Below are positions 1 through 12,341 of a DNA stretch of 64,000 nt, piece by piece (the first letter of the stretch is position 1; each line of letters opens with the position of its first letter). The DNA lies in the NCBI GenBank assembly GCA_977016875.1, contig CDRNST010000354.1, positions 930,001 to 994,000 on the forward strand, read 5' to 3'. The stretch is from Pavona decussata. Taxonomy: Eukaryota. The notes below the pieces were generated by a model that worked only from the letters and a program-made list of their open reading frames with translations, had not been told where the DNA came from and did not search any database. The position numbers and the translations under genes are program-made.

Positions 1-49
1 AGGACTCTCGATATCCTCGGACTCCCCAAAGGCAAATACCTACTGGCTA

Positions 50-545
50 TTAATATATGAAATAAAATTCTGACTCAAAAGAGAGGTTCCACTTCTGTTC
101 AAATGTCAAATGTAGGCGACTGCGATTAAGGTCCTGATCAGTAGTGATGTTATTATGGTCTATAAAGCCCCATTTGTTTTGGCGGCAAAACTTCTTCAAA
201 ATCTTGTTGACCTCCTTTACTCTTTTATCTAATTCATTGTCATCAGCGCGAGCAGTCAGACTAGAAATGGCTACAGGAATACCTTCATGATCAACCATGC
301 GCCCAATGTCAACAATCTCATCCGCACACTCGCGCGAAGTGTTTGAGTTTCGAAAGGTTGTTGGTTCCAACATGGATAATTATTGAATCAGGCTTCCGTT
401 TCACAGTCGGCTTGATGTGATCAGCCATGTTGTTCGTAGTGCAGCCAGGAAAACTTGACACTTAAACTTTGGAATTAGGGCCAGACATGCTACGTCCGTT
501 CAGATGTTTTAGAATGGAATCATCTGCGATGATTGTGGAATGGAA
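50..545 (-). pseudogene. SGNH/GDSL esterase-like ORF1 fragment of a CR1/L2-type LINE
   Basis: Reading across frameshifts gives TII(A)DDSILKHL...VSSFPGCTT..MADHIKPTVKRKPDSIIIHVGTN, then ISSLTARADD...VKEVNKILKKFC..WGFIDHNNI..DLNRSRLHL. This is the esterase pattern of invertebrate LINE ORF1. Confidence 0.7.
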
Positions 546-1439
546 ATCTTTGTTGGTCCTATTCTCTGTTGGCTCTCGGAAAATAAAGGAGTGGGTCAGT
601 TAAAACTTAAAATTATAAGAAAAAGAAAGAAAATTGAAATTTAACTGGTTTGATAAAAACTAGACCTCAAATCAGTCAAAGTACTCGAGGTAGTGGTAAA
701 ATTTTGCCCACACTACAAAAACCGGAATATCAAACATGTTCATCAGCCCTAGTAAAGCAATATAATCACTACACTAATCATCCATAAACGTCCAAAATCG
801 AATGTCATCAGGAGTGGTTGAGTTACTTTGGAGAAAGGTCACCACTCCAGTGTGCAGTTGTGATGCTTTCTGAGGGGGCGTTCCACTACGAAGTTGGTTG
901 CATATTGCATGAAATAAGCAGTTGCAGTGTCAGAGGCTGATGATAACTAAGACCTGCACTGATCACATCTCTGTCAAGCTGTTGCTGATTCATTATGGTT
1001 CGCATCCTCTCTAAAAATCCACTGTAGATTTTCAGGGAAATCTTGAACTCATTTGGTTACGGTTGTTGCAAGTTCAATTAATCATTGCCGTTACATTGTG
1101 TGGGTGATCCAACTTTATATCAGCATAAAGTTATGCCGTTCACCAGACATCAAATGCTTAGCAAGCAAGCAAGTAAAAACACCATAGTCAGTTTTGCTTG
1201 TTTGCTTGGGACTCGAGGAAACGTTTATTCCAACTGTTTCCTGGAAAATCTAGCTTCTCCTGGAGATAATAACACTCGTTCATTTCTAATAAATTTGTTT
1301 CTAATCATGTCTGAGACAGTTTCATACGTGTTAGATACACCTGTAGCAGCTAGCGGAACCCTAAATATAAATACAAAGGTTTAGAATACTAATAGCCAGC
1401 AGAAACCAGTGCTCTTTGCAGGACAAGTGTACAGTTAAC

Positions 1440-1670
1440 ATAGTGTCTTTATACTCCCACAGTGATTTGATTGCATCTGTTATGTTAACTTTTGGCCTCA
1501 TCAGCCTCGCCTTGGTAATTATTCTGCTTTTGCCAAAGTCAATAACGAAGGCTTTAAGGCTGGCACCATCCAAAACGAGATTGTTCCCTTTTAGGTCGTT
1601 GTGCAGGTATCCTCTCTTGTGCATAAACAACAAATGTCCCTGAGCCAGTCCAGTCTCGTAAATAACCAAT
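1440..1670 (-). pseudogene. Protein kinase catalytic-domain fragment
   Basis: HLLFMHKRGYLHNDLKGNNLVLDG...VIDFGKS contains the HxDLKxxN and DFG motifs; truncated and surrounded by stops. Confidence 0.75.
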
Positions 1671-2339
1671 AGCTCTTTATCTAACTCTTTGAAGTTGTGT
1701 GCTTTGTTGTTACTATGCGTGTGACGGTCAACTTAGTGTGATCTTCTCCCTTTGTTGGTTTGTGAACTTTTCTTGGTGTTTTAATTTCTTCGTCTCTATC
1801 CTTCATCTTTCGTTTCGTTTTGACAACTCAACAAGCCTTTCTCAAGAGATGTTCAAATTTTGCTGGAACTTGAGGTTTTTCTTTGAGCGCCAGCTTTTCA
1901 AGCACATGATTTTCTGTCTGTAGTCTTTGGCGCTTCCTCTTTTCCCAATTCTTTATCTGCGTTCACTTTTCCGTTTTATTGAGTTTTTTGAACTTCCTTA
2001 CAAACTTTTCTTTGTCCCTCTCTTCGCTCACTCCTTCCAAATTACAGCTAGTTTGTTTTGTATGGAAAACTCAAATTACTAAAGCACAATAGGTGCACTG
2101 TTTCCACTTTGGGTTAGCATTATACACAAACACGAGGGATGCAATCGCTTCCAGGTCGGAAATGGCTTTGCGTTTTACTTACGCCCAAGAGTGTTGTTTC
2201 TGCTTTAAACATTTCAAGATGCTCTTGAAAAACATAAGGAAACAAAGCACCCAGAGGAAGGAGGTTCAACTGAAACATTTCCTGGGTAAATAACAAGGTA
2301 CATGTAATAATGGGATAGACACAAAGTGTTCTCAATAAA

Positions 2340-5300
2340 CCTTAGATTTGTACTGCTTTGCATGGCCCGTCTTCGAGTGACTGTCAACATTGTCCTTATT
2401 GGCAATAAAGAGGTCTCTATAGTAGGATGGCCTTTGCTGACTGTGAACAGAGAAGTATTGAAAAAGAACATGTATCAAATCTTTGCTACAATGTACATGT
2501 AAGGCAAAATTACAATACGCACAGCCCACAACTGTTATTGTCGAAAGTGTCTTCACATTCAATTACTGGTACAGCATAAAAGTACCTTAAGAAATTTTAA
2601 GGCAAAATGTGATGTTTAGAAGAAACCATAGACTCAGACCAAAAGTTAACATTTCTATGCATGCAGGTGGCCACTTCCAGTAAATCCTGGGCAATAAATC
2701 TCTACACTGACCTTCCTGATGACTTGAAACGATAAAGTTTCATATTGCCACCCAAGTGACAAGAATGCTGAGAAATGGAGCAAGAAGGACAATGCATCCT
2801 GTTCAGTCCTTGAAGACCGTCTTACTCATGCTGGAAGAACTTCAACTCTTTAAATGCTCGACTAAAAGTCGAATAGTTATTAGTTGGTGCCTGTGAACAC
2901 AATGGGACATTGTTTTATCAACATGGTGCAGGATAACAAACTAAAGTAACAAAGATTAATTTTGTACTTGCAGCAACTGAATACTATGTCAATTTAAATC
3001 AGAATAAGAACAACACAATTGAACATAATTACAGAGCATTGGTACAATTTAAGTAATAATTCTTGTTAATTCAGTCTTGGTTAATTCCTTTTTGTGATTT
3101 TGGAAATGTGGACTGACAATCAAACAAGTTGTTTAAAGGCATAGCCTTAACATTTTTTTAAACCTGCCTTGGTGTGGGGTCTTATAACAGTGCTCTTTTA
3201 CAGATTATCCTTAAGACTTCATATCAATTTGTTTATTTAACTTCAATGTAACATTAAAAAAAATATATTAAATTTATCTTTACATGTTGAAAACTTACTC
3301 TTCCCTTCAGAACTGGAACATCTCTCAAGAGCTCTAACAAAGGAGGTTTCTGAGGTCCCTGGTGTTCTCTTTTGCAAGGAATCCCACAGACAAAATAACT
3401 GGTGGTCAAAGACATACCTTGACCCCTCAGACAAGGAATGAGATTGGCAAAAGCCTCTTTGTAGCTCTGACTGAGGGGTGGCATTTCCTTGATGCGATAC
3501 TTGCTGCTGGTGACGAAAGTGAGAAACTTCTCTAGGCTGGTTAAATATGAAATGATGGTTCCTGGGGCCTTGAGACGATTGTCCATTGCTGGCTTCACCC
3601 AGTTAAGCCAGACAATGTCGCCGCCTTGGCCAGCAAGGGGGGTGATGTCGTCTCCATCCTTGTCGATTGCCTCCAAAAGAATCTCTACCTGCCTGGCGTG
3701 CTGGAGCCGGCCATCCTTCTTCTTATTACCCACGTCTGGTAAGGAGAGGTAGAACCCGCAGAGCCATTGATGGTGATAATTCTTATAGGAGGTAGCAGTA
3801 AAGTATTCCTCCTGGTTCTCTGCCGGTTCTTCAGATTCGTCGGACTCTGACTCTGGAGAAGTGTCATCTGATGGCTCATCGTCTGTCTCATGGTCACTGT
3901 GGTTGTCCTCTGATGGATCTTTTGCCACTTCTTCAGGGTCAGAGACGCCATGATGATCCGGCTCCTCTTCTTCCTCATCTTCTGAGCTAGCTGGTGGTGG
4001 CGTTTGTTTGCCTTTCTGTCCCTCTTTGTTGTTCTCCTTTGGCTTTTGTGTAAGTGTTGGGGCTTGAGGCACTAGGGGTTCTTCATCGGAAGATACCACC
4101 GTAAGCTCCGACAAGCCCTTGTATGATCTTGCCTCCTTTGCCATGTTGGCCAGCTCGGCACTATCTTTTGCAAGGTTGTGGGCCCGTCTCAAGGGCTTGG
4201 TCAAGTAAGAGACAAGGCTTCCGCATCCTTCAACGGGACACCACTTCTTCAATCGGCCTTGTGAGCGCTGGCCTTGGGAGCGCGGGCGGCGGGCCTTGTT
4301 TCCCTGGCTCATGATCTTGTTGAAACCAGAAAGGCCTTCTCCACTTATTTCGCCCTTCTTAAGATGTACACGCCTCAGATGCCTTAGCAGGTCCTGGCCC
4401 TTAAAAGCGCACCCAGTAACACGGCAGCGGGTTGTCTTGTGGTGAATCCTCTCGGTTTTCACCACTTTCGCTGCTTTTTTTCCTGCTCCTGCTGCTGCTT
4501 CTGCTGGTGGCTCTTCCTCCCCTGCTTCTGCTGCTGCTGCTGATGCCTCTCCCTCTCCTGCTTCTGCTGCTGCTGATGGCTCTCCCTTTTCTTGCTCTTC
4601 CTCACTGTCGTTGGATATTACTTGGCGACGTCTCTTCCCAGGGGACCTGCTCTCTTCCTCCTCCGAGTCACTGCTCTGCTGGTGAGTCAGCTTTCTCATC
4701 TTCGTAGGAGGCACTTCGTTCACACATAGCATCATGTTATAGCCATTGACGAGTACTTTCACTCGTTTGAAGTCTCTTTAGAAAGAGACTTCATGTATGT
4801 GTCACGAAAAATCATTACATGTCTTTTAAAACCATATGGAAACAATTAAGTCACAAGTACCTTAAAAACAGTGCAATTGAGTTGAAACGCTAAACATCAA
4901 TACACCTATAATAGGTCCACTACTGCTTAAACCTGTATTCCTGTAAGTACATGTAGTAGCATTAAAAACAATGTAAATACATGTACAGGATGTGGTTATT
5001 CAAAAGCCAACTAACACTAACATCATGATCATGGTATCCAAAAACAGGGTATTTTCAAATGTTTTAAAACTTGCTATGATGCAGGATGTAAATAAAATGA
5101 ATTAAATTTACATTAAATTTTCAACGTACTGTTTAACTTAAACGAAGAAAAAAGGATTAAACACATAAAAGACTGATGGTTGTTCTTGTACCTTTCTCGT
5201 TTACAACAATTATTGTTCCAGAAGCTGGAAGTTGGCATAAAACACCAGGTTCGTTACAGCTTGGGTAACAAGCTGGCAACACTGGAAATTGCATCACTTT

Positions 5301-6165
5301 ATAAAAAAAGGAAATAATAGAAAAAATATTCTTCAGCATAAACAAGTATTTAGCATAACATCAAAGTTTGCTGAAAACGGATGAATAACAACAACAGCGA
5401 CCCATCAAGTACATTTCAATGGCTCCATGTAAATTCAGTTTACTGAATAAAAATAATAAAAAGCCATTGACACCAGAGATAACATCAATGTTGTTAGAGC
5501 CGCTCTGAAGTGACCACCCTCGTAAGCAACCATATCCACTTTTTGGACAAGAGGTTTGATATGTTTTACTGCTGTTAACCTCCCATAAGCCACCAATTGA
5601 CGTGCAATACTAACTTATGACTGGCGCTACTTGGATAATGTGAAAGAGGCTCAATTGTATCATGACAGTTGCTCACACCCTACCTTATAGTGTTGGTAAA
5701 GAATTGTTTTCAGTTTGGTGATCATACTGGCATGTTGTGAATGAGTATTGCCACTAAAATGGTACTGTATCAACGTTTGGGTCACTCAACTGTACTGTAT
5801 ATATTATAGCACCTGTGGTCTGATCTCTCATAAGCAACCAGCTCAAGCTTTACATTTTCCCTGGTCGCTTTCGCGAGGTTCAATTGAATTATTTGGGTGG
5901 TTGCTAGTGGTGTTAGGAACTTCTTACCTATATTTTGCTTGTCTCCATTTCCATCTACTGTCCCGGTTGGCGGGATAGCTTCAAAGAAACCATTCACATA
6001 CCCATCTCGGTTGTGGAAAGGTAATGATGAATGTTTATTGCTGTCACAAGAGGGACAAAAGAACTTCTTTGGGCAGTTGTGGCATCTGGTATGGAACTTT
6101 CCTGACAAACATGCTTGACACTGTTCAGGTGAGGGAAGGCTTTCACAACTGAGGACTGCCTTCAA
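2340..6165 (-). mobile_element. Multi-exon CxC-KDZ (Kyakuja/Dileera/Zisupton-like) transposase relic, interrupted by a foreign ORF
   Basis: Exon-like blocks on the minus strand: 5928-6165 (CQAC..RCHNC..FCPSCD..HSSLPFHNRD..GFFEAIPPT); ~5190-5300; ~3298-3440 (YVFDHQLFCLWDSLQKRTPGTSETSFVRALE); ~2718-2895 (FSRAFKE..HCPSCSISQHSCHLGGNMKLYRF, a decayed CPAC..HxDGNxKLYR motif); ~2340-2450 (RPSYYRDLFIANKDNVD). GT donors follow several blocks. Confidence 0.65.
3435..4762 (-). pseudogene. 5' part of an acidic, C2H2-like zinc-finger ORF of the type found upstream of tyrosine-recombinase domains; 3'-truncated
   Basis: Part of the 502-aa ORF: CRVTGC..HLRRVH and CPVEGC..LRRAH fingers, acidic low-complexity tracts, then QHARQV..LLEAID..WVKP..APGTIISYLTSLEKFLTFV (integrase core-binding-like). 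It runs directly into the KDZ exon at ~3435 with no catalytic YR domain. Confidence 0.5.
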
Positions 6166-6214
6166 AAACCCTTTGGAAACCCTTTGAAGCCCTTTAAAAC
6201 CCTTTGGAAGCCCG
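6164..6214 (+). repeat. Short tandem repeat, ~12-bp unit (aaaccctttgga-like), ~4 copies
   Basis: aaaaaccctttggaaaccctttgaagccctttaaaaccctttggaagccc. Confidence 0.8.
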
Positions 6215-7567
6215 GCTTTGGGTTTGGGGTTTTCAGATGGAGATTCACAAATTCTGAAATAGATGTTTAATATTCTTAAAAACCTTTTGTCTGGTACGTT
6301 GCAGTAAATGTGGCAGTTGTACTGACTTCGTACTCTTTCATAACTTTGACTGCCTCCCTGCTGCCTCCTCCAGGCTCACAACGTACCCAGAATACGCTGA
6401 AAAGCTCTTCGAAAAAAGATAACTCCAACTCTCCATGTTTACCGCCATTTTATTCGAATCTGGACAGTATATTTCTTGGCAGCATCCCCAGACAACAGGA
6501 ATCGCTGTAAACCTCCACTCAGCCTCGGACATTGTTATTTAAGAAATTAACCAGGCATATCTTACATGTAGTTAACAATGACTGGAGTGGAAAGACAAGT
6601 AAATTACACTTTTCACAATGAAAACCTGAGATTTTATTTGAAATTGCCCCAGACACTTGAAAATCTACTCCATTACTGTTCTTCTTTTGAACATTTCTAA
6701 GGCTATAATGCTTTATTTCGGCAGAACTTCACGCGATTGAAACACAAGACATAGAGCACGCCATTTGCTTTGCTTTGGTACATTTCCATGGGACAGGACA
6801 ATGCGAACATCGCAGACTTAACCTGGTTCAGGTCATTGTTATCTAAGGCTTTCCCAATGTAGCACTACTGCTACTTATTCTAGTCTTCCTTTTTACAGAA
6901 GTAAGCAATTCCATAAAAATAGATGAAATTTTGGAACTTTTGTACGAGCTCTGCGAAACACGTTTTCACTTTTCCATGTGTAGCCCAGTCCCAACCGCCT
7001 GACATATTCTTGCTTTACCTCTTCAATTACAGCTAAGGGATAACCAGATCAATGCTTTACAGGTTTGTAGCATTGGTCTTGTCCTGCTGATACCTGCAGC
7101 AGCTTGTACTCCCTGTTGGGCAGTGGTTGTGAGGAAGGCGTGCCTCACTTGATGCACAATGTATGAGGTTAGCATGTATGGCTCTCTTCATCCCAGTCAA
7201 ATTTCCTACATTAGACCTTTATGGCTATGCAATAATATTTTTGAAGTTTATCAATTTGACTGTCTGTTAATTTATCTTTGCCTCCAAGGCCTGGATTGTA
7301 AAAGTTGATTTGGCTTATTTGATAATTCGCCAAATCGAAGGTCAGTGAAAATTGCTTTGAGGTCAGGGAAAAGTTAGGGAATCTTTTGGGTTCTTACAAG
7401 TTGCAACCCTGTTGTTTGAGTTCAGCAGCTGTTCTATTGAAATGCAAAATGCTGCGTAGATTTCACATATGTAGATAAGATCCATTGCAGTACAGAGAAC
7501 TGATATGAACAGTTACAACAACATAGACACGAATAGTTGATATGGCGGAAAAGAAAAAACAGAACTT

Positions 7568-7963
7568 TTATAACTGATGGAGAACAAGAAAATAGTGCAA
7601 GGAATGAAAGACATGGGCGTTTAAGAGCTGACGAGTTTCGTGTACTGTTTGGGCAGCTGGCTTGTAGATGATGCAAGGGCATGGGGGATTGAACATGTGG
7701 GTATGGCGGAAATAACCATAGGAGAAGATGAAAAGAAAACAGTGAAAAATTGCAATGGCGAACGCAGAGTAGGCTAAAATGTCGGTAAGGGTGGAGGTGC
7801 TGGCTGGTTTGAGGTGCTGGATGTTGTTGTGGAGATGCTGGATCTGGTCTGTTAATTCACCGTCAAAAACCAGAAAGGTATTGTCAAGGTTTTGCAAGGT
7901 TTTGTTGTCAAAAGACAAAGGAGGTAAAACGTGTAGGGATTTGTAGTGGAGCTGAAGCAGCAT
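7568..7963 (-). pseudogene. C-terminal fragment of a type I membrane protein, possibly a retroelement envelope
   Basis: Heptad-like segment (LTDQIQHLHNNIQHL), then a hydrophobic helix (ILAYSAFAIAIFHCFLFIFSYGYF) and a Cys/Pro tail; C-rich coding strand unlike the flanks. Confidence 0.35.
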
Positions 7964-8367
7964 ATTAGCTTTCCATTTCTGAAATATAAAATTATTAGAA
8001 GAGTATTAAGGCTTGCTTGTGAATGCTGAAAATTTCAAATGGTATTGTAGAAGGGATTAAATTTAATTTATTATATGAAAGATCCTCGGTGTAAGCTATC
8101 ACTTACTTTTTGAGGTCCGTCACATAGGCACAAGGTTTTTTTTATGACAATCATGATCTTGTTGTTCTTTTTGGTCGTGTGTTTGAGGGGTTTATCTTCT
8201 GCCTCAAGAGTGTCTCCAAGAAGTTCTTTCTTTTGAACTCCTTATCTTTTTTCACTGTCCATGGTGATTCCATATTTGTTAAACCACCTGAGTGTAAAAA
8301 CAAGAACAAAGGCATAGCTACAGTTAATGGTTGTAAATAATGTGTTGAAAATAAATATAACATATTA

Positions 8368-8660
8368 CCTTTGTAATCTGTCCAAACGATACCAGGAGAG
8401 CCCAACGTCTTCTTCCATGGACAGTGCCACCCCTTCAGGTAGTTTGAGGGTGAGTTCAGTCCCAAGGGCTTCTGACAGTAGTGCCTTTCGTTCTTCTTTA
8501 CATTTCTGGCATAGCATCTTCACCAGGTGCCTCTCCATCTCCCGGCTGCTCACAGCATTGTGCTTCTTCTTAATGGTACTTTGTTCGGTGTCGAGGGTGA
8601 TACCGATTCGCTGGCCTTTTCAGCTTGGGCTAAATGTGTAAGTACTAGGGGCTGTGTGTT
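8368..8660 (-). mobile_element. N-terminal exon fragment of a RAG1/Transib-related transposase
   Basis: QPLVLTHLAQAEKASES..., then EERKALLSEALG..LPEGVALSMEEDVGLSWYRLDRLQR followed by a GT donor; resembles the LAMKxDLxIPWxKLRxxRR segment of cnidarian RAG1-like transposases. Confidence 0.4.
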
Positions 8661-8668
8661 AACATTTA

Positions 8669-8709
8669 AATAATAATAATAATAATAACAAGAATAATAA
8701 TAATAATAA
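8669..8709 (+). repeat. (TAA)n microsatellite
   Basis: Interrupted aataataat run. Confidence 0.9.
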
Positions 8710-9169
8710 ACTGGTTTACCATTACAGTGTATTTTTTATGTCCATAACATTCACAGATAAGGAGAACTGTGCTAACAGAACAGGGAATGGCAAGCTTAAG
8801 AAGAATAGAAAACATTTTTCCATACCTCTCAGACTCCTTCTAGCCCTTCTACCTAAACGTTTTGGTTATTTGAAAACTGATTTGCATGGAATTTATACCT
8901 CTCAGGTCTTCGAGGCAGAAATTTTGACATTATGTACATTGAACTTCTGATCGCTCGTGAATATTCACAGCTTTGCAATTCCAAAATGGCTGCGTGTTTA
9001 TCAAATAGCATCAAAACGAGGCTGAAACTTCGGAGCCAAAAGCTCTCTTTTGCCCATGGAAAATGGCCTTTTTTAGGCCCAAAATGACGGGTAAACAAAT
9101 GCCTTACCATAGCAACAAAAAAGCAGCTCTACGAAAACTACTTCTTATCACGATATACTGGAGTAATAT

Positions 9170-9690
9170 TTACAAAAAGACGGCAAGTGGTATTTCTCCA
9201 ACAAGGTCAGAGCTAGGGGAAGCACTTGAATATCTTATTGAAATAGAAGATGCCCCTGATGAAATTCGCAAAAACAACCTGAATAAGCAAGAGGACTTTG
9301 TGGAAAGAGAGAAGGCTGAAGGAATGAGGAAGGTGGGCATCAAAAGTTTGGGGGCCACAAAGAGAAGAAATGAGGAAGAAAGAAATTCTAACAAAGAACC
9401 AAAGAGAAGACGCTCAGCTGGAAGATACTGAATACAAATTAGCTCATACCTACTGGACCAAACAGATTGGCAATCATTCCATTAGGCAAACTCCCAGACT
9501 GGAATTTGAGGGCATGCACCCTTTTATGTCCATTGTAAACTATCCTTTGGTCTTTTCCTGGACTACAGATTGGACGCACTGTTCCGTTGATAAAACCGAA
9601 ACAATTGTAGAGAGCAGCGCCAGCACAGTGAATTGCATTTGCATACTCTTGCAGAGACGCAGGGCTTAACAAGAATTGATTCCACTGAGT
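9170..9690. mobile_element. Internally deleted PIF/Harbinger element: plus-strand accessory ORF fragment (~9170-9431) convergent with minus-strand HARBI1-like DDE transposase fragment (~9445-9690)
   Basis: Minus: LQEYANAIH..GAAL.NCFGFINGTVRPICSPG..QRIVYNGHKRVHALKFQS..LPNGMIANLFGPV (DDE_Tnp_4 pattern, first Asp changed to Asn). Plus: ASGISP..SELGEALEYLIE..EKAEGMRK..LGATKRR, typical of the coiled-coil C-terminus of cnidarian Harbinger Myb/SANT proteins. Confidence 0.8.
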
Positions 9691-10527
9691 TAGACTAAGT
9701 ATAAATGAAAACATTTTTTGTTCTGCCATCAAAATACACCAGTGCCACGAAAATGAAATTAAGCTAGATGTGTGGAAAACATTTCTGTTTAATAATTCCA
9801 ATGAGAAAGGTTTTAGTTCTTTGATTTACTTATCTGACAAATAAAACGAGAGATTCTAGAGGTAAACAAACAAAACAGAGTCTGAGTTTTATCTGAGAGC
9901 TATCTGCAAGGTCAGTTGGAAATTTCTCAGAGAGACATCTACTCGCACTCCGTCTCGCCTCAGCTATACTCCCAACAGATTTGTGAATCTTTGCATGTTT
10001 GGATGGCAAGCTTGAAGGACTTTGCTCGCCAAGCAGTGCTCGGCTTTCTGCATCCCGCTTGGCGCAATTTAAATTAGCATTGTCAATCATTGGAAAATGT
10101 GACTGAAATACTCATAGTGTAATCCGCTTGAAAACCGCATTTTTCCACAGGTGTTGCACATCTGAACAATTCTCTTATACTCATATCATCATTGCGGAGT
10201 TCCACCAATGTCTTTTCGTCATCTACCCCACCTTGAAATCGTTAGCCGTCATGCTTCTAAAGCGACTTGGCAATCTTGATCACATGGTACACCAAAAGGC
10301 GATTATATGGTACACAAAAAAAGTGATCCTGTGATCAAATTTAAACTGCAGAAGACGGCCAAAATCTCGGGGTTGCCGCAGTTTATTGGCATGCATAGTA
10401 CATGCGCGTAACCACTCCTTGCTTGATTTCTCTCTTTTTTAATGTTATGGTTCACTTAAGGTTACCAAACTTTTGCAAGTGGGCATTTTATTTAAAATTA
10501 ATTTCGTTTTTATGTCTCCCTCCTCAG

Positions 10528-10925
10528 TGCAGGGAAACATATTGGATTGAGTCCTTTCACACAGCAATGCTGATCTATGTCCTTAAAAGGATTCATTATG
10601 GGGATGACACCTACAATATGCGAATCGAATTGGCTGTGCTTGATTGGGTAACAAACTTTATATTTTTGTTGTTAAGTTTGCTATCAATAATTTCATCCTT
10701 TCTTAGTACTGCAAGCATGTCATTTATTTAAAGTACCACACATGTATTTTTGCTGAGATCCTGCATCTACTCCTTTACTTACGTAGGGTTTTTCTTTCAG
10801 TATGAAAATGTGAACAGAGATGTGTCGTGCTTGGAAATGTATTAGCATGCACGACATCCCAATCGGTTGGCAGAGACCAGAGTCCTGGTGGAGAAGACAT
10901 TTAAGTTCAGGGCAACCATTGGTCT
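10528..10925 (+). mobile_element. Two 3' exons of a Kolobok/Mutator-like DDE transposase
   Basis: Exon 10528-10647 (cag|CRETYWIESFHTAMLIYVLKRIHYGDDTYNMRIELAVLDW|gt, 120 nt) and exon from 10801 (cag|YENVNRD...RVLVEKTFKFR). Matches the ESFH..Y.PKR..Y..R..LA.LDWNEN motif. Confidence 0.7.
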
Positions 10926-11333
10926 CGTTTCTTCGGGCTTAATACTTGAATTTATTAAATTGATGCTTTCTCCATAATTGTATACTTCCTATTAATCAAC
11001 TAACTCGACACAATAAGAAGATATTTACAAAAAATGCATTGATATTATAACAGTCGAGAGAAAGAATTATGTAAATATATGTTGTTTTTACAGTGTTGTG
11101 CTGGCTAACACATTTGATCATCAACATGTAAAAAGTGCCCACCTTTTGGTGCACTTGTGGGTTTTCAAGCATGCCTTTTGGAGCGTTATGTTTGATATGT
11201 AACTGTATGGGCTTTGGTGAGTTTTGTCAAGACTAGTTCAGTGTGCAGTGTTTAATCAAGACTAGTTCAAGGTACATAAAGAGCCTAAAAGGGAATGTTA
11301 TTTGAGGCTATTTTTCAGTTTCATTTGCTCACA

Positions 11334-11653
11334 TTACTCCCGTTTGTGCCCCATATAAGGGATACCAGGAGGGTTAGGAAACCTTGACCTTACATCTTTC
11401 ACTACACATTTAGGCATTCTCTCTGGTGTGGCATCCACATGATCACCCAGCTCAAGTTTGCTTTGTAAATAAACCGGGTACTTCCATAGACCACACTGCT
11501 TCAATGAAGACCAGTACGACTTGTAGTCTTTTCGTCTTTGTACGTGATTCTGCACGTGAGCCGCACGAAAACCAAGGTGATCACGGCTGTGGGTTGTAAC
11601 ACATGGTGTTTGCCGACAATAATCGCACATCCTCACGTCTTGGCCTTCAAATT
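11334..11653 (-). pseudogene. P2X7 cytoplasmic-ballast-like (KolX-type) accessory protein, last exon
   Basis: Acceptor ctaacag at 11654-11655, then CDYC..PC...R..YKSYW..L...RMPKCVVKDVRSRFPNPPGIPYMGHK, the R-x-P-x-C-V-V-x-x-IR-x-x-FP-x-P-x-G-x-Y-x-G pattern; convergent with the transposase exons. Confidence 0.65.
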
Positions 11654-12188
11654 CTGTTAGAGAAGGAAATCAAAGAAAACCTTAGAAGACAAGGACAACT
11701 GAGATGGCCAACCATTAGGAAGCCAACTTTGATCTATAAGCAAAATACATATAAATACAAATAAAGATAAGACACATATTTGTTAGCCTGCGAATACAGC
11801 CCCCTCTCATCGCTTTGGCTGCCGGCCAGAGCAATGAGAGGCGGCTGTATTCGCAGGCTACAAATAAATCCGACATAAACAAACAGAAAACAGCTCTTAA
11901 ACTGGCCTTATAATAAAATTTCGATAAAGCGGATTGTAAGGCGGAAAAGAGTCTTCTTCTATTTGTCATATGAGAAAATAAACAACATTTTGGCGGCTTT
12001 TTGAAGAAATATTTTTAGTTTTTGGTTGTGTATATGAGGAACCCATCATAGTCTCGCACGCAAAATTTTCAACCAATCACAGGTTTATTTTTGAAAGTAT
12101 AAACAAGTAAATTCTGTTCTGACCCCCCGAGCCCTTTTCCAATGGTGATACTGGTATGTTTGAAAGCATTCCCAAAGTTCACACAAAA

Positions 12189-12341
12189 GTGAAAATACCT
12201 CAATAAAAACCCATGGCTTACATCACGCATAATATGCCCCACTGATGCAAAAGCCAAATCGACCCCGATGCGATAATGCATGGACAAAAAGCACTCCGTT
12301 ATGATCTGCATAACTAAACATAACCCCAACAAAGAACCAAA
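12189..12341 (-). pseudogene. cob: NUMT: mitochondrial cytochrome b fragment (153 bp)
   Basis: [51 protein letters not shown] is the cytochrome b helix A to heme-ligand His region; T/G-rich codon usage; similarity stops abruptly on both sides. Confidence 0.92.

Noticed and set aside
4432-4707. Leu-rich plus-strand ORF resembling a membrane protein
   Set aside because: Antisense shadow of the Glu/Ala-rich repeat in the minus-strand ORF.
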